Origin: a virus
Taxonomy: Duplodnaviria > Caudoviricetes
DNA length: 64,000 bases
Strand: one strand, 5' to 3'
Virus record (IMG/VR): IMGVR_UViG_3300038530_004004
Location: 15,589 to 79,588 of that record
The notes under the pieces were generated by a model. That model was given only the letters and a program-made list of their open reading frames with translations. It was not told the DNA's origin and made no database searches. Each line of letters opens with the position of its first letter. Position 1 is the stretch's first letter. The translations under genes were made by a program, and so were the position numbers. Of the stretch, positions 36,901-49,100 are shown one piece after another.

Positions 36901-38697
36901 ATGTCAAAAAAGAAACCAGCAATAAATTATACAAGTCGTGATTTTGAGTCAATTAAATCAGATTTAGTGAATTATGCCAGAAGATATTACCCCGATACGT
37001 TTAAAGATTTTTCTATTAACTCCTTTGGCTCTTTAATGCTTGACACTGTTTCATATGTTGGTGATATTTTATCATTTTATTTAGATTATCAGGTTAATGA
37101 AAGCTTCTTATCAACTGCAACTGAATATGACAATGTTTTAAAGATATCTAAACAACTAGGTCTGAAAGCAGATTTAGCAGCTGCATCATTCGGCACATTA
37201 GCTTTTTTTATTGAAATACCTGCTAGTTCAAATGGTTCTCCTGATTATGATTATGCTCCATTCTTAAAAGCAGGTAGTCAATTTTCAACTCGTGATGGAA
37301 AATTATTCACTCTTTTAGAAGATGTCAATTTTAAAGATATTGAGCAAAATGAAGTGGTTCCTGGCCAAATTAACAATCAAACTTCTGTGCCAACTACATA
37401 CGCTATTAGAGCTAGAGGACAGGCAATTTCTGGTGAGCTAGCAGTGCATGAAGAAGTGCTTGGAAGTTATCAAAGGTTTAGAAAGGTTGAGATACCAGGA
37501 AACAATATAACTGAAATAGTATCTGTCATTGATTCAGAGGGTAATAACTATTTTGAGGTAGATTATTTAACTCAAAATACAATATATGTGCCCATCGCAA
37601 ATCAAAACCAAAACATGTCCAAAGTGCCAAACATATTAAAGCCAATTTCAATTCCAAGAAGATATGTTGTACTTAAAGAGAGGGAAAGAGTTTTCCTACA
37701 GTTTGGGTTCGGCACTAATGAAAATGTTTCAAGTGTTTTAGATCCAAGCACTGTAATGTTACAGCAACACGGTAAAAATTATGTGACAGATGACTCTTTT
37801 GATCCCGCATCTTTAACAAAAACAGATAGTCTAGGTATAAGCCCATCAGACACAATTTTAACTATAATTTATCGAGTTAATTCTGCTGAAAATACCAACA
37901 CGGCAGCAGCCACGATAGTGAATGTGAAAAATGCAATAATAGATTTTCAAAGTGAATTTGATTTAGACGTGTCATTGGTACAAGGTGTGCGCGGGAGTTT
38001 AGAAGTTATCAATGAAGAGGCTTTTATTGGATCAAGTCCATTGCCAAACGCAGATGAAATACGAGAGCGTGCTTTTGGTGTATATGGTATGCAAAACAGA
38101 ATAGTGACAAAAGATGATTTAATAACTGCCACATACAACATGCCCAGACAGTTTGGATCAATATCAAAAGCTATGGCATATCAAGACTCTGATTCATTTA
38201 ATCAAAGAAACATAAATTTATATGTTATGTCTAAAGGGTCCAATGGAAAATTTCAAAAATCGAATGAAGTAATTAAAAATAATTTAAAAACTTATCTATC
38301 TAGATTTAAAATGATCAATGACTCAATAGATATTTTAGATGCAAACATTATTAATCTTAGAATAAGTTATAAGATTATATGCTTTCCTGATGTTAATAAA
38401 TTTACGGCATTAGAAAACTCTAAAACGGATTTGATAAACTATTTTAGCAATAGAAGAGATTTTGAAATAGGAGAACCTTTTTTGATAACTGATGTTTTTG
38501 CAGTGCTTAAAAATTCACCGTTGGTGTTGGATGTTATTGAGGTGGACGCTGTAACCAAAACTGGTCCTTCGTATTCTGATTCAAATTTTAATGTAGAAGA
38601 CAGTAAAAGCACAGACGGTAGAAAAATTCTTTGCCCAATTGATTCTATTTTTGAAATTAAATTTCCCAACACTGACATTGTAGGGGAACTTGAATAA
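36901..38697 (+). CDS. Baseplate wedge protein, T4 gp6 / baseplate J-like
   Basis: INYTSRDFESIKSDL, YVGDILSFYLDYQVNESFL, LQFGFG and QNRIVTKDD motifs. Confidence 0.88.
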   Translation: MSKKKPAINYTSRDFESIKSDLVNYARRYYPDTFKDFSINSFGSLMLDTVSYVGDILSFYLDYQVNESFLSTATEYDNVLKISKQLGLKADLAAASFGTLAFFIEIPASSNGSPDYDYAPFLKAGSQFSTRDGKLFTLLEDVNFKDIEQNEVVPGQINNQTSVPTTYAIRARGQAISGELAVHEEVLGSYQRFRKVEIPGNNITEIVSVIDSEGNNYFEVDYLTQNTIYVPIANQNQNMSKVPNILKPISIPRRYVVLKERERVFLQFGFGTNENVSSVLDPSTVMLQQHGKNYVTDDSFDPASLTKTDSLGISPSDTILTIIYRVNSAENTNTAAATIVNVKNAIIDFQSEFDLDVSLVQGVRGSLEVINEEAFIGSSPLPNADEIRERAFGVYGMQNRIVTKDDLITATYNMPRQFGSISKAMAYQDSDSFNQRNINLYVMSKGSNGKFQKSNEVIKNNLKTYLSRFKMINDSIDILDANIINLRISYKIICFPDVNKFTALENSKTDLINYFSNRRDFEIGEPFLITDVFAVLKNSPLVLDVIEVDAVTKTGPSYSDSNFNVEDSKSTDGRKILCPIDSIFEIKFPNTDIVGELE

Positions 38698-40196
38698 TGG
38701 CAATAAAGAGATATTACGCTACAAAAGACAATACTATTACAAACGCTTTTAAGTCAAATCTACAAACTCGTGGCGTTAGTGGCAATATGGGCCAATCAGA
38801 CATTCTTGAAGTGTTCAGTATCTACGGTCAAGCGAGTTCCAGCGTTTCTGGGCTATCCTCTGAACTCTCTCGCGTGTTAATTGAGTTTGATGTGACTCAA
38901 ATAAATGCGGACAGAACTAGCGGTGTTATTCCTGCATCTGGTAGTGTTAATTTTTTCTTGAGAATGTATGATGCAGAACACACCCAAACAACACCAAAAA
39001 ATTATACTCTTGTTGTATCGGCCATTTCACAGTCTTGGAGTGAGGGCCTTGGTCTGGATATGGAAGAATACACAGATCTTGATGCTTCAAATTGGGTATC
39101 AGCTTCTGATGGTGTTAAATGGATTGATCATCAAGATGTGCTACAACCTGGAGGTAGCTATAAAACCGGCTCCGATGCTTTGCCAAATGAATATCTTTTT
39201 AGTCAATCATTTGACACAGGCTTTGAAAATCTTGATCTAGATGTTAGTCACTTGGTGGAAGATTGGATTAAAGGTGATTTAAATAATTATGGCTTTGGAA
39301 TTCGCTTAACAAGTTCAAATGAAACTGCAGAACAGTCTTATTACACTAAAATGTTCTTTGCTCGTGGATCTCAATTTTTCCACAAACGCCCAGTTATTGA
39401 GGCAAGATTTGATGATAGTAAAAAAGACAATAGAGGCGATTTTTTCTTAAGTTCATCTCTCGTTCCCGCGGCTGATAATTTAATGAATTTATACCTATAC
39501 AATGTGGTTAGAGGTGAATTGAAAGATATCCCTGGACTTGGCACCAGTGACGGTGTTCAGGTATTAAATGTTAATATATATAGTGGATCCACTGGTCCGC
39601 TTGGATCCAAGCTTAAATTGCCTGTTGGTGGTAATGTTAAAGCTGATGGACATACAAATATCACTGCATCTCGCATCGAGACTGGTATTTACTCTTGCTC
39701 TTTTGCATATGTTTCATCATCCATTACATCTATTTTTGATGTTTGGAATAGTGGGAGTATAGAGTACCACACTGGTTCAGCAATAACAGTTAAAACATTT
39801 AATAGTCAAAATTATAACTTTGATCAGAAATACATTTCTAAAGTTACTAACTTACGCTCAACCTACAATCAAGGAGAGAAGGTTAGATTTAGATTATATA
39901 CTCGTCAAAAAGATTGGTCTCCAACTATTTATACAGTAGCGAGTAGCGACATAGAAACAACTATAGTTGATAATGCTTATTATCGTTTTACTAGAGTGAG
40001 TGATAATCTAGACGTTATTCCTTTTGGGACTGGTTCCCTAAACCACACTCGATTGTCTTATGATACGAGTGGTAGCTATTTTGATCTAGAGATGAGCTTG
40101 TTTGATACTGACACTGTATATGAATTAAGTTTTGCATATCTAATTAATGGAAGCTACGTTGAGCAACCAGAAAGGTTTAGGTTTAGAGTAGAGTAA
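38697..40196 (+). CDS. Virion structural protein, DNRLRE-like N-terminal domain
   Basis: ATKDNTI...G.SDILEV...SRVLIEFD, SWSEG.G and NYGFGI pattern; located in the baseplate module. Confidence 0.55.
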   Translation: MAIKRYYATKDNTITNAFKSNLQTRGVSGNMGQSDILEVFSIYGQASSSVSGLSSELSRVLIEFDVTQINADRTSGVIPASGSVNFFLRMYDAEHTQTTPKNYTLVVSAISQSWSEGLGLDMEEYTDLDASNWVSASDGVKWIDHQDVLQPGGSYKTGSDALPNEYLFSQSFDTGFENLDLDVSHLVEDWIKGDLNNYGFGIRLTSSNETAEQSYYTKMFFARGSQFFHKRPVIEARFDDSKKDNRGDFFLSSSLVPAADNLMNLYLYNVVRGELKDIPGLGTSDGVQVLNVNIYSGSTGPLGSKLKLPVGGNVKADGHTNITASRIETGIYSCSFAYVSSSITSIFDVWNSGSIEYHTGSAITVKTFNSQNYNFDQKYISKVTNLRSTYNQGEKVRFRLYTRQKDWSPTIYTVASSDIETTIVDNAYYRFTRVSDNLDVIPFGTGSLNHTRLSYDTSGSYFDLEMSLFDTDTVYELSFAYLINGSYVEQPERFRFRVE

Positions 40197-40197
40197 T

Positions 40198-43100
40198 ATG
40201 TCCTTAAAAGATTTATTTAAAGAAGAAAAATTCAAAAACCTATCAAACGTCTCTTTAAATTCTTTGACGTCTAGTGGTGTAGAATCACCTGAATATATTA
40301 AAGCATTTATAGAACAAAAAAATAAATTTGTTCCCTTGGTTGATTATTCAAAACCAGAAAACTTTGCTCGTTTTGGATCTGCTGAAAAATATTATTATGA
40401 TTCTATAACAAGAATTTATAATTCATATCCATATGATGGTTCCAAAAAAGAAAAATTACTTTGGGAATTATCATCTTCTAATCTAGACATTCATACGTTT
40501 AATAATGGATACCCAAGAACAACAGGATATGGGGTATTTTCAACAGCCAGTATAACAGCCACTGATGTATCAACTGACCATACCGTTTGGGGTTCGTATG
40601 GTGCCGCTGGCACTGGAACATATGAATATGTTTCTTTTAACGGTGGGCCTCACGCCGGCGTAGGTTCAAAAATTCACATTGATCCTGATACTGGTGAGGC
40701 ACATTATAGAAAAGGCGCAAATTTATACGATCTATCAAAGAATCGTGAATGCAACTTAAAGATAGGCGGAAATGATGGAAATACCGTAGAGTTTTGGCTT
40801 AAAAAAGCTGCTTTTGATTCTGATGCTACCCAAACCGAGGTTTTGTTTGACATCTTCACTACTGCGTCAATATCTTCAAGTTTAGACTATGGGCGCATGA
40901 CCATTGAAATGTCTGGTACTGCAACTGCTTCTCCGTTTTTCGTAACTTACATGTCTGGAACTAATGGTATATCTAAACAGCAGATTGGCGAATCTTTAAC
41001 ACCAGCATCGATTACAGATAACAATTGGCACCACTACTCATTCAGATTTAAAAACGATGGCTCTAATACGTCAGTAGATCTCTTTATTGATGGTGAATTT
41101 AATCATAATGTTAAAGCCGGCACAACTGTAGATTATGTTAGTGGAACTATTGTTGGGGCCATCGGCGCCCTAGCAACAAACCCATCTGGTACAAATGCTG
41201 GCGCCCCGCAAGCTGGAAAAGGCTGGGGTAAGCTATCGGGTTCGTTAGATGAATTTAGGTTTTGGAAAGTTTGGAGAGATTCTAGACAAATTCAAACTAG
41301 ATGGTTTGATCAAGTAGGTGGCGGCACGAACACTGATGATGCCAATACTCACTTGGGACTGTACTACAAATTCAACGAAGGGCTAACGCTAACTTCATCT
41401 ACAGATTCTATTGTTCTAGATTACTCTGGTAGGGTTAGTAATGGTACGTGGACGGGCTACAACTCGTCTTACTCAAGAAAAACCGGTTCAGCAATTAATG
41501 AGTCCAACTTAAGCAACTTCACTGGTAGTGAATTTAGAGATCCAATAATTTATGCGCATCATCCTGAAGTTGTTAGCTTTTTAAATTTAAAAAGAAAAGA
41601 AGGTAGAAATTATGATTACAATAATCCATCTACAATATACTATTCTTTACCAAGCTGGATATTAGAAGAACATGATGCAAATGACCCAGATAATGAAGGC
41701 ATAATAGCAAACTCTCTATGGAATTTAACTCAAATATTGAGTAGCTATTTTGATGATGTATCAAATTTAGCTAAATCAGTGCCAGATTTAGGACAGACAA
41801 GTTATTTTAGTGGATCTCAAAAACCAATTCCTTTCATGAGTAGGATTTTAGAATCTAAAGGGTTTATAGCACCAGAAATATTTAACGCGATAGACGCACT
41901 GGAGCAATTTGAGAATAGAGACGATAATAGTCTGTATACAGAGCAAATATCAAACGTTAAAAATATCATATATAGAAACATCTATAACAACTTAAGTTTT
42001 ATAAATAAATCCAAAGGCACAGAAAAGTCTTTTAGAAATCTTATTCGTTGTTTTGGAATAGACGATAAAGTCTATAAATTAAACTATTACGCTAATAATG
42101 CTGATTATTTATTGCAAGACAACTTTAGAACAGTATCAGATAAATTTAAACTGGTTAATTTTAATCTAGAGGGCCACTCCACAGCGACTGTTTATCAATA
42201 TTCTTCTAGTTTAGACCCTGACCCCAATAGTGCAACTTTCATATCTGCTAGTAAGGATTTTGCTACTAACGTATCACAAGAATCTGGTATGTCATTTACA
42301 GTTGAAACGTCAATTATATGCCCTAATAGAGTTGATCAAAGCCAGTTTAGTACGCTACAAGAGAATTCTTCTCAATTTCAAAACAATTATTCATTAATGC
42401 TCACATCTAGTGTATATGGAATGCACACTGCAGATGATGCTAATCCATCTGATACTGTTTGGGCAAGCGATGATTATGCCAATTTTATTGTTAGAACAAT
42501 AAAACCAGAGTTCTTTTCGAATAAGGCAAAATTTGTTTTAACTGGTACCGTTGGCGGGTTTATTCCTGAACTAACCTCATCCTTCTTCAATTCTGTTTAT
42601 AACGATACTCCATGGAATTTAATGGTATCGTTATATCCAACAACATATCCTAATTCAAATGGTATCGATGGCGCTGGAGATTCTGACTATGTAGTGGAGT
42701 TTTCTGGAATTCAAAAAGTTTTAGATGAGACAATAAATAAATTTACAGTCACAGGGTCTATTACGTTAGATCAAGCAACTAAATTTTTAGCATCGCCAAA
42801 ACGAGTTTTTGTTGGTGCGCACAGAACAAATTTTAGTGGAACCTTACTTCAGCCAACTGATGTTGATGTTAATTCAATTAGAGTTTGGCAAAACAAATTA
42901 TCTATCGATGACTTATCGACTCATGCGTCAGATTTAAATAACTATAGTATTAAAAATCCAGATCAAAATGCTTACTTGTTTAATGATAAAATTAAAAACG
43001 TTTTTGTTCCCAATAAAGAAACTCTGTTATTGCATTGGAATTTTGATAGTGTCACTGGCTCTGATGCATCTGGTGAGTTTATTGTAGATGATTTTACATC

Positions 43101-46100
43101 AGGTTCAATAGGACAGATTCCAAGATACGGATTTTTAAGTAACATATTGAATAAACAATTCACCGGTCTGGGACACGGGTTTAGGGCCAGCTCCACGCGT
43201 GTCGTAAAAATAGATGATGTGGTAACAGCAAAACCAAACATACCGGAAGTTTTGGCAAATGAGAATACAATTCAAGTATTAACCAATGATGATAGATATT
43301 TTACTAGAGATAGCCGTCCCTCATTTTTTGATTTATATGTAGAGAAAAGTCCATATCAAAATATATCAGAGGAAATGTTAAAATTTATGTCAACGGTTGT
43401 TGACTTTAACAATCTCATTGGTCACGGTGTTGACAGGTATCGCGGCGAATATAAGTCCTTAAAACTATTAAGACAATTGTTTTTTCAAAGAACCGATACT
43501 CCTGATATTGATAAATATATTGAATATTTCAAATGGTTTGATCTTGCAGTCGCTGCTATGATTCAAAAATTAGCACCAATGTCTTCTGGGTTAGATGAGA
43601 GACCGTTAAGAAATATTATTGAGTCTCACATTTTAGAAAGAAATAAGTATGAATCAAAATTTCCAACTTATGAATTTAAACAGTCAGATCCTGAAGCTGT
43701 GTTGTTTGGTATTAACGAACTACTATACCCTTGGAAAGAAGGCCATGCGACCGAAAGCCTAGACGAATCAGTTAATTGTTTATGGTTTAAAGAGAGAGCA
43801 GAGCGTTCTGGTGAGATTTTAACTAGCGGTGACGCAGATGTAGACTCGGATCGTCAAGAAATATTAGATGTTATTAACAATCTAAATAATGCAACACCGC
43901 CAAATTTAAGTGATGGGACCAACAGCTATCAAGGTTCGGCGTATGCTTTACGACGCTTTGCAAGGCCGTATAAAATAAAAGCAGTAAAAGAACAACAGCT
44001 TCATGGCGGTGGTAATGCAGCCGAAAACAAAAAAGTTGGTTTTTGGGACTCTATAAGAAAGCGACCAACGCAGTCAACACCAGGAGAAGGCGGATTAATA
44101 TCAATTGAACCACCACAATCAAACCTTGAAGAGTTTAAAGGTTGTGATGATAATCTAGAGCTAAACAAAGGAAAGAGAAAATTTAAGTTTTCTGCTGCTG
44201 TCTTTGTTGACGGAACAGACAACCCTTATGAAGTTTATAAAGGCCAAATGGTATTTCCATTTAGTTTATACAGTTCTTCGGTCAACTCGAACCCGGCATA
44301 TGCCGATCTTGCCGACTTTCAAGAAAATCTTGCAATTACAAATCTACATCATGACAATTACGGACCTTTTGGTGATGTGCCATTGCAGGGGCCGTTTACA
44401 GAAAAATATGTTGGTGGGCGCGCCTATCGACATGTAATGACCAATTTTACACCTGATAATGATCCTCCTGATACTCAAGAGCTGGGGCGATTAGAAGGTT
44501 GGAAAATTAGTGCTGATAGCAGCGCGCTGGACTTATTAAATATAGATCCGCATGATCCAAAGTCTGTCTACTTTAGAGAAGAATATGCAAAGCGTCCTGT
44601 AAACATTAAAAACATCCAGCAGTTAACGAGTGCTGTCGAGACAGAAGACCAAGCTACAGATGCTTTCGGTGTCACAAAAATAGGAAACTATACTAATACT
44701 TATGAAATTGTAATGACCAACGGTCGTTCAATAAACAATAGGTATCTAGCAGAGGCTGACGGATTCTTACCAAGCATTACTCCTGATTCCACCGCTGTAT
44801 CGGGCGTGATTGATTTTTCACTGCCGCGAAGAGACTTAACTGGGTCAAATAAAGCAATAATTGTCAATAGGTTTTCTGCGCCGGGTGATCCAGCAACTAT
44901 GGGTGAGGGAATGTTAGATACAGCAGCTGCAGAATTTAGTATCTACAATGTTTTACCCTTTAGAAACTTATCTGTACGTCAACCACTACAAGAGTTTTTA
45001 ACCAATCACACAAATCAATTTGGGTATTTTAGTGACGCCAGAACTGTTGCGGATTTTGAAAGAGCATCTTGGAAAGATTATCCCGGTGGCTCTTCTTCTA
45101 TAAATGACCCAGGCGCAGACTTAAATTACATTGGCACTGGCTCGTTCCATAAAGTTAACAGAAATGGACGTAAACAACCAAAATATTCAAACGCTTTTAC
45201 TGGGGATCTAGGAACTATAGAGATAGATACCGCTTTCGATAACTTTTTTGTCCAACATCAAATTCCACAGACTGATGTACAGTATGCTTGGATTACGGCA
45301 AGTATAATAGAAAATTATACCGGCTCTGCTCTTTACGGTTTTGAAAAACCAGACTTTAAAAATGCAAGTCTTGCGTCAACAGATTTGACTTTTGTGTCAT
45401 CTAGTAATATCGCCATAGCCCAATTCTTTAACTTGGCCGCCGCGCCGACGATATTTGGCATCGTTTATAGGGACACTAATGCTCCTAACTTTGTAAATAC
45501 CAAGCCCTTCATAGGCGCCACAAATAATTTGAATTATTTGTTTTACGAGCCTGTATCATCTTCCACCAACACCCTTGGTCATCCAAGTGGCACCCCTATA
45601 ACCGATGGCACAACCACCTCGCTATTGAAAGGTGGTCCACTACAATACCGAAATATAAGAATGGGGACGAACATTGGTCATCCTTTTGAGCCGCCCCTCG
45701 AACTTGCGCAGGCCAGGGGCTTTCATGGTTTATTATATAAACGTCAAGGGCCGGCCGGAGGCGCAAGCTGGAAACTTTACAAAAAAGACAACCACCCAGT
45801 TGTTAGAATGCACAAAGCAGAAAATAGAATTAGCTATTTGAGGCCGGTGTTCGGTACGAACAGCGATAACAAACAAATACTTTTATCTGGTAGTAAAGGA
45901 TCAATAACTTCCTCTATCGAACCACCAATAACAAGTAAATATAAACCAATAACACATGCGGTTGTCGATGAAGTTGGGGGCGAGCCATCAGTGGTGACAA
46001 TTAACCACTCTTATATGAATAATATTAATTTTTTCACAGATCGTAGCGCAAACGAACCAAAAGTAAATTTAGACCAGTTTTTATTAGATCCGAAAAGAAA

Positions 46101-49100
46101 TGTAAAAACTGATCAACAAACGCTAGATGTCATAAACTATTATTTATATGAGTCAAATGATTTTATCGGAGCAGAAAATCTAAATCCAATAAAAGGCTTG
46201 GTAACTTTTATAACTAAAGAGACAATATATCCGAAAGAACAATATACATATCTATCTAGCCATCGGCAAAGACAGAATTACAAAAATAATTATTGGAGAG
46301 ATTCTGAATCAGATAGAAGATTAACTAATAAAGGTGTTTACGCAGAGAATGATGGTCCCGCAGATGCAACACCGACTCGCGGTGCTGTTCGGGATGCGTA
46401 TAACTTTCTTACCGACGCCGGCACGTTTTATTCAAGTAATGTGGACCGTGTATACACCAAACCAGAGATGAGCTTCAATACCGAAGAAGAAGGGTCTTTT
46501 ACTGGCAGTATTTGGCCGCTTGACGGTAGATTAGACTATGAAACAAATGACCCTGGTAAAATAAGACGTTACGGTGGCGAATTTGCAGAGGCGAAAGTGA
46601 TGGTCGGGAGCACTAGCGGATTCATGCCGGTGATATCAGGAGGGTCAGATGGAGCAGGTGTGCTCCAAAACAGTTTTTATCCATATGCAAATTATTGTTT
46701 TGGCTCATCTTCAATCGCAGGTCAAACAGCGGGTTTTAATCATATCCAATATGCGCCGCTATTCCCACAGTATAACAGAAGAGTTGCAGGTGTCATAGAT
46801 AGCGATCTCCTTCATCAGTACAAATTTGGTGACACAAAATGGGACGCCGGCGCCCAATCAGATAAAACACCAACTTATGACACATATTCTGAATTTATAG
46901 AGGATATTAAAAGAGTTGGAAAAGACCACACAATAATACCAGAGTTTAGAATTTCTAATCACATGGACTTTTATTTAAATGAGGCACCGCAAGGGTTTTT
47001 AAGTAAGCCTGACTCATTCCTTGAATTAACAGGAGCAGCAGAATTTCCAAATACAGAGCCTTTTGATTCTAGTGTGAATAATTTTTTCAAAACCTATTCA
47101 CATTCTGACTTCTTAAAAACCTTTTCTGTAGTAAGTAATATATACGGCGAAGAAACTGAAGCTTCAAAAGTAACATTGTCTGTAAAAGCATTATTAAAAT
47201 TCTTACCATATGATGGTTTCTACCCTGCAGACAGAGTACAGGATCTAGCTAGATTGTTTTACGAAAGCTACAAAAGTAGTTTTGCAATTACCGGATCAAG
47301 TATAGATGAAATCGGTGTCGCGACCGAGTATAACTTTGGCGATACAATCAGAGGCGATCACTTGGGAATGATTAACCCAGTGTGGAAAGCTTTTTTTGCT
47401 CCTGGTATTTTATTTAACTCAATAAAATCTGGAATTGGAGTAGACTACCCAGTTCATACCGCCGACGTAAGCATGGCTTTTACCGGCTCTAATCAAGCGA
47501 CCGATGGTGTTCCAGAGCGCTACGATAGCAATAAATATTTAGCATCTATTCCTAGAATAAGTTCTAGTTTTGATTTAAGAATACCTTTTGATGGTCTCCT
47601 AGAGCCAGAAAAGTATATCAATCAGTATATAATAGATAACGAACCGCACCCGTCAGCTAGTGCTGATCTTTCTGCTTCTATATCAACAGCAGGTAGTTTA
47701 AATTATAAACTAGCAATGAGTAATTTTCTCGCATCTACAATTGATTTCTTTAAACCAGGCGGAAATTTAACAACAATAATTTCGGCCCCTGATGGTGAAC
47801 CAAGCAACTTTGGACAAGATTTTGATCCAAATATAGAGTACCGAATGAGAATTGCATTATATAACGGACAGTTTGGATCATTAAAAACATTAAATAGCCA
47901 AATAGAGAAAGGTATCGCCGCTGGTACTTTAGATAGAAATAGCGTATCGTATGAAGTTAATCCACCTACATGCGTCATGTACGCACAAACTGGATCTAGT
48001 AATACAAAGTCATCAGATTACTATGGATCAGCGTTTGGCCCACCGGTGGCTAATGACTCTTTCTTAACAACCGGTGAAGAAGGGACATACCCATTGTATG
48101 GGTCGGCATCATTCGAGCCATTTACACCGCCGTATTATGATGGTTATAGTCACGTAGAACTTGTTTTTAGACCATCCGAGGCAGTTATTCCTGATGGAGA
48201 GTCTCTTAACATTCTGAATATTATGTCTAATGTTCAAGAAAATGGCCTTCGGTTTAAAAGATTTGTGACAGGATATGGCGAGGGCGAAAACAATTCAGGA
48301 TGGGACGATCCCGACAATACTAGTGTTGCAACGCGCAATAGAATGAACCTTACCGCTAGTATAGATTTCAAAGTTGTGCAACAGGCATCTGTTGATTTTG
48401 ATGAGTTCGGAAACCCGCTCGTGATTAAGAAAGGACCAGGAGATGGTTCAAACATTTTAACGATACAGCCAAAATGGGAAACTCCGATTTTAAATTTTAA
48501 AAACGTAGATGTTTCCGTGCCATCCATTGGCGAGGGCGCCCTTGCCCGAGGTATGTGGCACCAATATGGTGTTAAGCCTGGAGAAGCTGAAGGCATTTTT
48601 ATGCAGGTTCAAGATATAGATAGCTCTGAATTTGCACCCACCGGGATTACTCCGACCGGCTCACTAGCAACTCTTTTAGGGATCGACCCGAAGCCGAGAA
48701 AGCTTGGCCAAGTTGCCTTTAAAAAGAAAATATCTGAAGCGATTGTAGCAATACCCTTTTATAAGACAGCCTATAATACTATTCAAAAATATAAATTATC
48801 AAAAGAAACCGTAGCTAAAGCAAAGGAATATGCGGAACTTAAAGGAGCGGAACAAAGTCCAAACATTGGAACACCCGGTTTCCCAGATGCAGGCATTGTA
48901 GATATGGTGCGAAAAATGCAAAAATTTGTGATTCCTCCTCATTTAGATTTTATAAAGAGTCCTGACGATATAGATCCTTTTGCGATGTTTATTATTGATT
49001 TTGAAGTAGAGCTAAAACAACAAGATTTAACAGATATTTGGCAAAACTTGACCCCAGACATAGGTATAGATTTTATAGAGAAAGAGGTCGAGTTACCGGG